From a virus (taxonomy: Duplodnaviria; Caudoviricetes), in the IMG/VR virus record IMGVR_UViG_3300044647_001578, positions 8,016-72,015 of that record: DNA of 64,000 nt. One strand, given 5' to 3'. The notes beneath the pieces are model-generated. The model saw nothing but the letters and a program-made list of their open reading frames with translations, was not told the origin of the DNA and searched no databases. Shown piece after piece: positions 46,201 to 55,758 of this stretch (position 1 is its first letter; each line of letters opens with the position of its first letter). A program made the translations under genes and the position numbers.

Positions 46201-49200
46201 AGTAAATTGAGAAGCTTGTTTTCCAACTAAAGTGCTGCCAGCCTTTAATGCTGTTTCAGCTGGGTTGGTTAAACTATCTATCATTCCCCAGTCAAATGCT
46301 CCAAGAGTTTTTTTGCCCTTAAGCAGTAGGTTTCCTGGATGCATGTCTCCGTGGCCTAGTATAGATGAAACTGCTCTCATCTTTCCAAAGCTCTTCATTG
46401 AAGCATTGGCTTTAAGCCAATCCATGTCAAGCGCTCCATGTGGCAACATTGCACCAGCATCTTCTAGTGTTTTCATTCCCTTTGATGCAAAGTCTTTACT
46501 TAATATGACAGATAAATTTTTCCAACTGCCCAAGATGTTGTCAGTACTTGGCATTTTAAATCTTTTAGCTATTGTAGACCCAGTTACTTCAAATGCACCT
46601 TCCATTACATCCTGCATAATCTTCATGTAATGTACAGATCCATCGGCTGCCTGCATTATAGACGGCCTTGACTTTCCTTTTGTAGACTTTCCTATATTCA
46701 TCAGGTCATCAAAATTACCAGCCTTTAATTTTTGTCCAACTTTAATTGCTTGTAATGCTTTAGGAATTGATTTTAGTACAAGACCAACGCCCTTGGCTAT
46801 CGGTCCGCCTGCAAACGTTGATCCTATGCTTGTGTAGTCGTTCCATTTTCCTTCGCCTGCGTATATATTAGTCGCAGACTGCTGAAGGTACTTGCCAAAA
46901 AGTTCATATAATATTGGGCCGCCAGGATTCGTGTGTTTCATAACTGGTGTCATTGTATTAGAGAATGAATGCACAAGGTTAGACCAATCAGATCTCTTGC
47001 TTGGATCTGAAACTTCTCCTGGTTCTAAGAACTTAAGCCAATTAGTGCCTCCAGAATTTCCAGCACTTGAAGTATTCCCAAGATTCATACCTTGCTCTTC
47101 ACGGTATTGATCTACTGTCTTATACTTACTCTTAGTCTTTGGCAGATTTCTTCCGTGACGATGACCCACTTCGCCACCTGTGTGGAATCCAATAGCCTTT
47201 TTAACTTTCTTAAATAGCTTGCCCCAGTCAATAACAGACTCCATAGATCCGCCAGAAACTAATGTACCATTTGGACCAATGCTTCCGCCGCCTTCTATTT
47301 TGCCTTTACTTAAAAAGGTTTCATGTTTTTCTGGAACAAACTCTGGATAAATTGTTTTATATTTATCTGGTAAGAATAGCTCTGCTCTTCTGTTTCTGGC
47401 TCTGTTCTCAGCAGTTGTATTTGGAACAAGAGGTCTGTACTCCCCGTATCCCACTGGCGTAAATGCTGTACCAGGAACAAACTTTGACATATATTCTGCA
47501 ATAGCATTTGCTCTATTTTGTGAAAGGATCTTGTTGTCTTTTCCTTTACCTACAGAGTCTGTGTGTCCTTGAACAACTATTGATGCCAGCTTATGTTTAA
47601 TAAGATCTTTAGCGATTGCCTGAAGTTCTAGTCTTTGTTCTTTATTTAATGTGTAAGAGTTTGTAGCAAAATTAGCTGTAATAGGCGGAACTTCAATTTT
47701 AATTATTTGCTTATTAGCATCTTGCCATGCTTCTATAGGGCCCATTAGCTTTCCGCCCTGCATGTTTACATTTATATTTGATCCGCCAGTTCCAAATGAG
47801 CTATTATGCTTAGATTGAGGAGTTGGATTTATTGGACCGCCCGCTGCATACTTGCCAGCATTTAATGCATCAAATGTTTCTACTCCGTATTTAGAAACCG
47901 AGTCCGCTTTAATTACATATTCGCCATTTGAAAGATAAGCTGGAATAGAATCTGATGTTGCAGTTCCTGCTCCCCTAATATGTCCACCATCTGCTCTGTT
48001 ATACGGGTTACCAGTTCTTTCTATGCTTCCATTATCTCTAACTTTAAAGGTAGAAATCTTTCCGTCTTTGTCTGTTACAGAGAAAAATTCACCAGGATTT
48101 ACCCCTCTTTCTTTTGCAAGTGCCTCAAGTCTCTGGCTTATTCCCATCGGGCCCCAGTCTTTTCTAGCATTACCATAGCTCTCTAAAGAAGCTCCTGGTA
48201 TAGTTGTTGTACCTGTTCCAGCTTTCCCAAGATTGTATGGGTCTGACCTAGTGCCGCTTCCAGAGTCTGGACCAATATTTAATCTTTTGCCGTCAATATT
48301 TATAATCACATTTCCGTTAACATCAATTGTACTTAATGCACCAAGCTTGCCTTCAAGGCTAGCAACCATTGCAGCGCCTAAGTCTAGATCTTTTAATCCA
48401 TTAAGTTTAACTCCAGCCTTTTCTGCTGCGTCAGCAACTGCTGCAAGCATCTTCTTTGACTGTTCGCCCGTCCTCCAAGCTTGTCTTTCTGCTTCTGGCT
48501 TCTTTAGCAATTCTATTTGCCAGTTAAGCATCGCAGTATTTACTTCTGAAATTGCACTTTCAGTATCGGTAATTTTGCCACTTAGATCCCCAAGCTTTTC
48601 TCCTGCTAATTGAGCATTGTCTGAGATTCCTTGCTGCTTGCTCTGTATGGCTTCAATTAGTTTTTGAAGTGGAACATTCTTTAGAATATTTGAATCTTCA
48701 ATTGATTTTTTCTGTGCGTTATATTGAAGCTCACTCTGGTATCCTTGTATATCAAGGCTTGCTTGTTGAGCACCAGCAATGTTTCCAGTTGCAAGTGCGG
48801 CATCATATTCTGCCTGCTTCTTTGCAATCTCTCTTCCTATATCGCCTTCTTGCTTTGCTGCGTCTAGCGCCTTAAGTCTTGCATCTGCAAGCTTATTGTT
48901 TGCATCTATTTGTTTTTGAAGTGAAGCAATCTTATCTCTATCTGATATTTGATCTGCTACAGATTGTCCTCTTGCTGCCTTTTGATATTTTGTCTGAAGC
49001 TGCAACATTCTGTCTAGATCAGCATATTGCTTTTTCAATACGCCTTCTCTGTTAGCAGATTCAACTTTTTTACCTAAAGATATCTGAAGGTTATAAAGAT
49101 CGTTTGTCTGCTCTGCGTTAAGGGCCCTTAAGTCTCCAGTGTATCCCTTAACTTGAATTCTTGTTTTTTGCCATAAAGATAAAGCAGTTTCTTGCTCGTT

Positions 49201-52200
49201 AACAATTTGTCTAATTGATGGGTCAATTTTTGCCATCTCATCAACGACCTCTTTGGTTAAGTAAACTTGATTTTCAACTTGGCTATTAATTTCGTCAATA
49301 GCAATTTTTTCTTGATCAAGCATTAATTGCTTTTCTTGACCACTTGAAAAGTATGTTCCATCCTTAGCTGCTTTTTTACGTGCTTCCTTTAAAGCTTTTG
49401 CTTGTCTAGACTCGACATCCGTAGACAAAGCCATCATTGCAGTATTTAGCTGATTTGCTTGTTCTGTTGCATCACGGTTAGTTGCCATTGCGGTAGTCAA
49501 ACTATCAATTGCAGATGCTGCAGCAGACGCTGTATCCTTTATGTCATTAAATCCTTGTGAACGAACTGTGTAGGCTGCGGCATTTGCTGATTGGTCTGAT
49601 AATGCGTACATAGTGTATATCTTTTTAGCCGCATCTTCTGCTGACATGCCCATAGCGATCAATTGTTCTTTAAGTCTTATGGCAAGCTCTCTCTGTTTTT
49701 CTGGGTCTTCGTTGCCCGTTTGATTAATTAAAGCTACTTGATCAGAATAATTAGTTTTAACTTCTTTTTTTAACTTCTTGTATTCTTCAATAGTTATATC
49801 TAGTGGGGTTCCAGATCCTTGCATGCTTTCGTATAAAAGGGTATTTCTTTCTTTTAATGCCTTTGCATTATTGATTGCTTCTTTTATTTTGTCATTAAAG
49901 TTTGTAAACTTAAGGCCTGCTTTTTCTGCAGCTTCTGCAGTCATTCCATAACCTAATGCGTTTAGTCTAAGGGCCTCTTTGTGAGCCTGCCACCTATCGT
50001 AACCATATTTGGCTATTGCAGCACCTGCTCCAACAGCAAGATTAAATCTAGTAAATATGCTTAATGATATTCCAAGTGCTTTGCTGAAAAGATTTGAGCT
50101 TCCAGTTAGCTTGCTTAGCATTGTTCCATATTTAGTTAGCTGCGGAGCACCCGTAATTTTGTTAGCTCCAACTGCACCTATTGGAGTTCTTGCTTGTATA
50201 AATTTATTACCCATAATGCTTGTGCCTTTTCCTGCACCTGCATTCATCATGCTTCCCATAGCCAAGAATGGAAGGATTGATCCAACTTGTTTAATTACAT
50301 CTCCTTGGGTTCCGCCAACTTTATCGCCAGCATAATTTGCACCTTGCTGTATTCCAAAAAATAATAATAGCTGCTTTAGCATTGGGACTATTCCACCAAG
50401 CCTAAAGCCATTTGGAATAGATCCGCCAGCTTTATATCCATTTGGAATTATTCCACCAGCATTTCTTGGAACAAATAGTTCTGGCCCCTTCTCTCCAACA
50501 ATGTATGGCTGGCCTGCATTAACTGGTCCGCCCTTTTCTCTTCCCTCTAGCTTAAATATTAATTGTTTTAATGCATCTGTAATTGAAGTATCTTTTTTAG
50601 ATTCCCAATTTGCAAACTTCTTTCTAAGTATTTCTCTATCTATTTGAGAAAGAACTTTTCGTCCAAGAGGATCGGACAAAGTTGAAGATGCAGCAGACCT
50701 TATTACTGTATCCATAATATCTGGCTCTAATGCTTTTATTAGCTGGCCTTTTGCATTTTTTGTATAGCCGTACGGCATTTCTTTTGCAAGTTCGCCTGCT
50801 AGCTTGTCGTAAAGAATTCTTTGAGTTCTCTTTGTTAGCCCTGTTGATGCAAAAAGCTTTTCAGCCATTCCAATTTCTAAAGAAGTAACTCCCCAACCAC
50901 CAGTTGAGTCTTTGCCAAATCCTGCTCCAATTCTGTGAAGCGCTTTGCCTTTTGTGATTGCTCCAATTAGTCCGCCTAATATAAATCCATTTTGTGGTGT
51001 TTTAAAAGCATTGTCGGAAAGGCTTACTGCATGTCCAGACTGCCTACGCTTTAGCTCATCTGCTGCAAGCATTTTAGCAATTGCTGCGGGAGTCATTGTT
51101 TTTTCTGGAGACATTGTTACTGATGAATGAACTCCGTGCAAGTCCTGATAGGTTTTTCTTCTTGCATCAGATAGTCTTTCAATCATTGCATTGTAAATAA
51201 CTTTTTCTTCTGCGGTTAAATCAGGGAATCTTGCAACAGTTTGCTTTAGTTTAGGCAAAGCTTCATTAATTTCTTTAAGCATTCGATCATTGTATTGATC
51301 TGCTGTCATCCCTTTTGGAATATCTGAAGTTGCTTCAGCAAAGAATTTTTTTGTGCTGCTTCCCTTTACTCCTAGCAAGTTAACCATTGCTTGGTGTTTA
51401 AAAGAAGGCATGATTGCTGAATAATCTCTAAGGCCAGATGCTGTAGAAAAAACTCCAGCTGGGCCGACGTCTCCCAAAACATTTCCAGAAAGGTTTCCTC
51501 TTCCTAAATCTTTATCTCCACGCAAGGCAGAAGCAACTAGCTGTCTGAAGTACTGGTCGTTTGTAAATTTAGAGTCTGTTGATGCAAATCTTGGATCATA
51601 CTCAGACTCTAGTGCAAGAAGTTTTCTTTTTCCAGCAGGGTCTGTTGGGTCTTTAATTACAACAATTTTTTGTTTTGGTGCATGAAGCCCATGAACTTCA
51701 CGAGCAATTTGTGTTGCTCTCATTTCAGCTAAAGCTGCTTTTTCATCTAATACTGGCTTTACGAATACCTTGCTTCCATCTTTTGAATAAATACCACCAA
51801 TGCCTGCAACTGGAAAGCTTCTTCCTGTTGTAGGAGAAAGTATTTCTCCATATTCAGTAACTTGCTTTTTTGAAAATCTAGAATCTTTGACTGCTTGATC
51901 TGCTTTTACCATTGCAGTTTTTGCTGCTCTTTGGGCTTCTACTTGTTTAATGGATCTTGGCATTCCAAGGAATACTGTTCCTCCTGGGAACAATCTTTGT
52001 GCCATTGGAACCTGGCCGCCATCATTTAATCCTATGTTTTCGCCAATTTCTCCACCAGCGTTTCTTCTTGCAATAATTTTAAGTGCGTGACTTACTCCAC
52101 TAGATGTAGTTAGGAGTGTGGCTAAATTAGTGCCTTTAGCCCAAGAGGGTAGCCTAGAACCTATTGTTCTATTTTCACTTACCCAGGTTAGTCTGCCATC

Positions 52201-55200
52201 TTTTCTTTTAACTATCTGGCCTTTTTGAATTGAGTTATTAGGCTTTCCTGTTATTAGTCCACGAGCTATGGCTTCATCTTTAGTTAAAACCTCTTTAGCT
52301 CTTTCAGTAAATACTTGAGATATAGCAGAAAATAAATTTCTTCTTCCGCCAGCTTTTGATGGGTCAATCCTAATTCCACGCAAAGCAGGCTTAAATATTT
52401 CTTTAGCAAGTCTTTCAAAACCAAACGGGTCGAGCTTGCCGCCGATCATCCTGCTTGCATTTTCTGGAAGTTCTAATTTACGAATCAATTCTTTAAGCGC
52501 TGCTGAGTTTCTTCTTTCTGCTTGAACCGCATCCCCACCTAGTGTGACTGCTGCTTCATTCATTAAGCTGTTCGGATTCATTCCAGAATCTAAGGTTGCT
52601 CTTATTAAGCTTGCTATGTAACTTCCAGTTAAACCTTTTCCATTAGAATTTACTCCAAGATTTAATTCTCTTGGAAGTAGCAATGCCATTCCGCTTAAGT
52701 CTTCTGTAATATGTGTTCTTTGTAACGCTAGCTTTTTAGGATTTCCTAAACCGCCTCCACCGTTTCTTCCAAGACCAGATGTATTTCCTGGTCCGCCGTT
52801 TAGCTCGTACATTAAAGGCATATTTCTTTGTGCAATGTGCGCTGGTATTACTGCTTCTCCAGGTGTTAATACAACTGGGACCTGACCACCTTCTTGTGCA
52901 TAATAAGATTTGCCTCCAAGAATATTTGTTATTAACGGTAGATGCTTTTCAGTAGCAGCTTTATTGATTACAAATGATCCAGGCTCAGCTGTTGTATGGT
53001 ATGTATCTGTGTTGCCAGTTCCTGGAACAAAACCACCTTTTGCAAACTTTGGCTTTGTTGTTTCTATGTTGTATCCAGCACCAGAAGTTCTTACCCCGCC
53101 AAGAGCTCTTGCGATTCTATCAACCATTGCTTTTGTAGGTCCTTTATGGAACATCTCTTTCATATTAGACTTTCCTGTAGCTGGATCTACTACTGGCTGA
53201 GAGGTTAGTGGTACTGTTCCTAGGTTTGCTGTTCTGCCCATTCCCGCTGCAGTTAGTCTTGTTGTTTCTGCAAGCATTGCTTCTACTGTTGCATTTAATG
53301 AAATAATTCTTGCTCTAGCTTGTTCTACTGTTATTTTACTTTGCTGAACTTGCTGAACAATTGCTGCAGTTTCTTTTGCTGCAAGGTCTGTTATCTGGCT
53401 AAACTCTGGCAACAATGCTTGGTAAGAATCAGATAAGCTTGATGTAACAGTTCCTGTTGCCATCACTTCCGCCTTTAGTATCTTAAGCTCTGCTTCAGAT
53501 TGCATAGCAATAGCGGCTGTCATTGCATGCCATTTTGCAGCTTCTGCTGCAACAATTCCTGTGGAGGTTCCTCCTATTGATGTTAGTCCAGGGATTTTTG
53601 GTAGATCGCTGTCCATATAAGCCTGTGGATTTCTGCCAACTCTTATATTTACTGGCTTTGATCCTGGTACTGTTCCAAATATTGTTCCTGCTTGTGGATT
53701 TCCAGATGGAATTAAGTGAGACATGTCTCTAGAATATGGTGCACCAACTAGTGGATTATTTTTATCTACCACTCTTCCAGCGGGTCCTGCTGCCATAATT
53801 ACTCCGCCTGCTACTGTTGATACTGCTGGCTGAACAGATACTTTGGCTGCATTTGCTTTTGCTTCTAGATTTATAAATGATTCTGCAAGTGTATTTACTG
53901 CATTAGATAAAACAATAGTTGCTTCTGTATCCGAGTAGAACGATGTTGCAAGACCTTTAGCAGCAGCATCTGCGGCTATGATCTCTGGTGTTAATAATTT
54001 AAATCCGTGCCCACCCTTTGCTAATTGTCTTAGATGGAATATTCCCTTGATTACATATCCAATAAAGTTGCCCATAACACCCGTCAACATAATAAGAGGT
54101 CCAGCAATTGCTGTGAAACCTCCTAATACATTTAATAATGTTTTAACTGGCTCTGGAAGCTTCTGGAAAAACTTTATAATTGCGTCGACAACTTTTAATA
54201 CCTTTGTGCTTATTCTTAAGAATTGCTCTCCTGCGCCAGCTAGGTCTGCTTGAACTGATGCCCAAGCTCTCTTGAACTGCCCAGAGGCTGATTCTGTCAT
54301 CATCTTTAATTCTCGATCTGAAATTGCTGCTAGTTCTGTTACGCTAGCCTTCATTAAGTCCATTACTTGAAGTGTTTGTGATCCAGACTTTCCTAGGTTT
54401 TCAAATAACGCCGACATTCTTGCAAACTGGAACTTACCAAATAGCTGTTCAATTGCTCTTGATTTATCTAGCGGATTAAGATTGTCTAGTGCGGCCTGCA
54501 ATGATAATATTGTTGCAGTTAGATCACCAGCATTATCATTTACAATACCCTTTAGATCAATTCCAAATCCCATAAACTGCTCTGTTGCAACTTTAGTTGG
54601 GTTAATAAGTGATGCCATCGCTGACTTAATTGCGTTTGCACCTTCTGATGCATTTACTCCGCCTTCTTTCATTGCAGTAAGGTAGAGCGCTAAATCTTTT
54701 ACATCTCCGCCAAGAGATTTAATTACTGGACCAGCTTTAGGAATTGCTTCAGTCAAATCTGCAAGGCTTGTTGATGTCTGGTTTTCAACTGCGTTGAGGA
54801 AGTCAATTGATTGTGCTAGTTCATCGGTGCTCTGCTTAAAGGCATTTTGAATTGCAAGAGTTGCTTTCATCGCATCTTGTCTATCAACTTCACCAAGCAC
54901 GGCAAGTCTTGTTGTTTGCTGCGTAGCGGCAATTAAATCATTACCCTGTTGTCCTGTTGCTGCTAAGTCTGCAGCGAGTGCGATTGTTTCTTTATAGGCA
55001 ACACCATAAGAGCCAGCAATTTCTCTAGCTGTTGCAGTAACATCTTTTCTTACCTGTGCCAGATCTGCAGATGAAGTTGCTGCAAGCCCTCCATAAACTT
55101 TTGTTAATCTTACTAATTCTGCGTCTGCTTCTCTGAATGCTTTTTGTGCTGCCGCTCCGAACATAACCAAAGGAACAGTTAGTCCTACTGTAAGCTGGCG

Positions 55201-55749
55201 ACCAGCCCATTGGGTATTTTTACCCCAGTTAATAAGACCTGTTGATCCGTCAAGCATTACCTTGTTCATTATTGCGGCTTCTTGTCGAGCAATAGCCATC
55301 TTGTTCTTTATTTCATCAAGACCTTTTGCAACCATGACATTGTATTGCATTTGTCCTTGTGCATTTTTGCCTACAGGTTGAACTATAGCCTGTTGCAGCA
55401 TTACCTGCTGCTTAGCTAAGTCTCTAATTAAATTGCTTGTCTTCTTTGTATGGCCGCTCCAAGCATTATAATAATCGTTGAGCTTGAGGCGACCTCTATC
55501 TAAGTTCTTTCCGAACTTGTCTACGTCTGATGATAGGGATACAAAGTGTTGCGAGAACTGTCCTGTTGATGTTAGCGTTGTTGCAAACGACTTGTTCATC
55601 ACAGCAATTTGATTTGCTAGTTTTGCGTTTGTTCCCGCTGTTGTTTCTTGCAGTTTTATGAGTTGGGCAGTAACCGCAGCTAGCTGAGCTCTTAAGCTCG
55701 TAAAGTCTGCGTGGGCGGTAATATTGGTCGTTATTATATTATCTGCCAT
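43285..55749 (-). CDS. giant tape measure protein with kinase-like and OmpA-like cargo domains
   Basis: Follows tail chaperones; N-terminal tape-measure core; lambda gpH-type FAxGG motifs; DLxxxN...DxG and DMHPGN...FDWG kinase motifs; GHTD...RNRR OmpA motif. Confidence 0.92.
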   Translation of the reverse strand: MADNIITTNITAHADFTSLRAQLAAVTAQLIKLQETTAGTNAKLANQIAVMNKSFATTLTSTGQFSQHFVSLSSDVDKFGKNLDRGRLKLNDYYNAWSGHTKKTSNLIRDLAKQQVMLQQAIVQPVGKNAQGQMQYNVMVAKGLDEIKNKMAIARQEAAIMNKVMLDGSTGLINWGKNTQWAGRQLTVGLTVPLVMFGAAAQKAFREADAELVRLTKVYGGLAATSSADLAQVRKDVTATAREIAGSYGVAYKETIALAADLAATGQQGNDLIAATQQTTRLAVLGEVDRQDAMKATLAIQNAFKQSTDELAQSIDFLNAVENQTSTSLADLTEAIPKAGPVIKSLGGDVKDLALYLTAMKEGGVNASEGANAIKSAMASLINPTKVATEQFMGFGIDLKGIVNDNAGDLTATILSLQAALDNLNPLDKSRAIEQLFGKFQFARMSALFENLGKSGSQTLQVMDLMKASVTELAAISDRELKMMTESASGQFKRAWASVQADLAGAGEQFLRISTKVLKVVDAIIKFFQKLPEPVKTLLNVLGGFTAIAGPLIMLTGVMGNFIGYVIKGIFHLRQLAKGGHGFKLLTPEIIAADAAAKGLATSFYSDTEATIVLSNAVNTLAESFINLEAKANAAKVSVQPAVSTVAGGVIMAAGPAGRVVDKNNPLVGAPYSRDMSHLIPSGNPQAGTIFGTVPGSKPVNIRVGRNPQAYMDSDLPKIPGLTSIGGTSTGIVAAEAAKWHAMTAAIAMQSEAELKILKAEVMATGTVTSSLSDSYQALLPEFSQITDLAAKETAAIVQQVQQSKITVEQARARIISLNATVEAMLAETTRLTAAGMGRTANLGTVPLTSQPVVDPATGKSNMKEMFHKGPTKAMVDRIARALGGVRTSGAGYNIETTKPKFAKGGFVPGTGNTDTYHTTAEPGSFVINKAATEKHLPLITNILGGKSYYAQEGGQVPVVLTPGEAVIPAHIAQRNMPLMYELNGGPGNTSGLGRNGGGGLGNPKKLALQRTHITEDLSGMALLLPRELNLGVNSNGKGLTGSYIASLIRATLDSGMNPNSLMNEAAVTLGGDAVQAERRNSAALKELIRKLELPENASRMIGGKLDPFGFERLAKEIFKPALRGIRIDPSKAGGRRNLFSAISQVFTERAKEVLTKDEAIARGLITGKPNNSIQKGQIVKRKDGRLTWVSENRTIGSRLPSWAKGTNLATLLTTSSGVSHALKIIARRNAGGEIGENIGLNDGGQVPMAQRLFPGGTVFLGMPRSIKQVEAQRAAKTAMVKADQAVKDSRFSKKQVTEYGEILSPTTGRSFPVAGIGGIYSKDGSKVFVKPVLDEKAALAEMRATQIAREVHGLHAPKQKIVVIKDPTDPAGKRKLLALESEYDPRFASTDSKFTNDQYFRQLVASALRGDKDLGRGNLSGNVLGDVGPAGVFSTASGLRDYSAIMPSFKHQAMVNLLGVKGSSTKKFFAEATSDIPKGMTADQYNDRMLKEINEALPKLKQTVARFPDLTAEEKVIYNAMIERLSDARRKTYQDLHGVHSSVTMSPEKTMTPAAIAKMLAADELKRRQSGHAVSLSDNAFKTPQNGFILGGLIGAITKGKALHRIGAGFGKDSTGGWGVTSLEIGMAEKLFASTGLTKRTQRILYDKLAGELAKEMPYGYTKNAKGQLIKALEPDIMDTVIRSAASSTLSDPLGRKVLSQIDREILRKKFANWESKKDTSITDALKQLIFKLEGREKGGPVNAGQPYIVGEKGPELFVPRNAGGIIPNGYKAGGSIPNGFRLGGIVPMLKQLLLFFGIQQGANYAGDKVGGTQGDVIKQVGSILPFLAMGSMMNAGAGKGTSIMGNKFIQARTPIGAVGANKITGAPQLTKYGTMLSKLTGSSNLFSKALGISLSIFTRFNLAVGAGAAIAKYGYDRWQAHKEALRLNALGYGMTAEAAEKAGLKFTNFNDKIKEAINNAKALKERNTLLYESMQGSGTPLDITIEEYKKLKKEVKTNYSDQVALINQTGNEDPEKQRELAIRLKEQLIAMGMSAEDAAKKIYTMYALSDQSANAAAYTVRSQGFNDIKDTASAAASAIDSLTTAMATNRDATEQANQLNTAMMALSTDVESRQAKALKEARKKAAKDGTYFSSGQEKQLMLDQEKIAIDEINSQVENQVYLTKEVVDEMAKIDPSIRQIVNEQETALSLWQKTRIQVKGYTGDLRALNAEQTNDLYNLQISLGKKVESANREGVLKKQYADLDRMLQLQTKYQKAARGQSVADQISDRDKIASLQKQIDANNKLADARLKALDAAKQEGDIGREIAKKQAEYDAALATGNIAGAQQASLDIQGYQSELQYNAQKKSIEDSNILKNVPLQKLIEAIQSKQQGISDNAQLAGEKLGDLSGKITDTESAISEVNTAMLNWQIELLKKPEAERQAWRTGEQSKKMLAAVADAAEKAGVKLNGLKDLDLGAAMVASLEGKLGALSTIDVNGNVIINIDGKRLNIGPDSGSGTRSDPYNLGKAGTGTTTIPGASLESYGNARKDWGPMGISQRLEALAKERGVNPGEFFSVTDKDGKISTFKVRDNGSIERTGNPYNRADGGHIRGAGTATSDSIPAYLSNGEYVIKADSVSKYGVETFDALNAGKYAAGGPINPTPQSKHNSSFGTGGSNINVNMQGGKLMGPIEAWQDANKQIIKIEVPPITANFATNSYTLNKEQRLELQAIAKDLIKHKLASIVVQGHTDSVGKGKDNKILSQNRANAIAEYMSKFVPGTAFTPVGYGEYRPLVPNTTAENRARNRRAELFLPDKYKTIYPEFVPEKHETFLSKGKIEGGGSIGPNGTLVSGGSMESVIDWGKLFKKVKKAIGFHTGGEVGHRHGRNLPKTKSKYKTVDQYREEQGMNLGNTSSAGNSGGTNWLKFLEPGEVSDPSKRSDWSNLVHSFSNTMTPVMKHTNPGGPILYELFGKYLQQSATNIYAGEGKWNDYTSIGSTFAGGPIAKGVGLVLKSIPKALQAIKVGQKLKAGNFDDLMNIGKSTKGKSRPSIMQAADGSVHYMKIMQDVMEGAFEVTGSTIAKRFKMPSTDNILGSWKNLSVILSKDFASKGMKTLEDAGAMLPHGALDMDWLKANASMKSFGKMRAVSSILGHGDMHPGNLLLKGKKTLGAFDWGMIDSLTNPAETALKAGSTLVGKQASQFTKGFASVRKSIAKQGPEKFIDDILTKSGITDEGQLKVLRSVLERNVKSLLDLKIPGKFHKGGAVHPHRADGSHEVTMSAMTPQKQAATDKAMDKLYEKNPDYYKNKNGEWTKKGPSQWEKYTTASNWKGLFQNGGGTGAIYDDITSKILTLTFGPNASKMNSTGKDFKKGEWITGGLNLLTAGLTGTVSTAFGRAFIEQLGISKGIPGLGALLPKGSFPFLGAAGSKLATNAATAAVIGGARPFVESKLAPTIQKPKVKVTAEQFKPNNVYPPYVLHEGMSVPLHSGGPFGNDAVVFQGIDENLSSLLTNHQVSAVIPTTPEGILSYVLKKDPSNKKAQDLLDKINSGYQWGDRDVKEFLMNMLAAGNVNLKNVDPYAITNSSSSEGLIQLISAMKGNAKDSIAIKSKTKAMAPILSRMAEEYAEKARLAKIAADARTEYNGGLRGGFFGNRGEEPLTRAEIAAYRARGMEPHYIPTTPDDIPMIRVFNDEFPRTDGQGDLFETAAGFKIFDRFVGPKGSVAGTDDAASHSIARTSRHFGIYDAVQSHMQGAWKPDKPFIVSTLSNLMKYNGKPEQLHSADSYFLQGFGKPFHYSKKEGQLSSVFPLEESAYISKLKELGLHKDGEPLPVITENPSTKEIFYLSKEKYSQRELDEILKEVNENKNLRPIEQFDAAKKSDPDHVRMYGDQDFYAPARNPYEGDAGQSAQRALQILAIDKAKKQIGIDQPYSYAVGGEHQSLNQETIMELAAKLGVRFDGGHNSSDIDMLARSSGSNPFTSILNTYRTSIGEIGPGISTTQKALDALLMWTRFGKYQSGKIYPNENDLKAMRDSIIGQYANGAISNKEFMEKIAQISDLMDDDMVRGATGGYLKGGKFNIPKFETGINSVPVDMLAMLHKNEAVVPANMNPFNPNANNATMGGATYNITNNINGFDGDINQLSNIVTQKTITAIKTLDSRNSKMSGTSMTVGVK

Positions 55750-55758
55750 ATATATATG

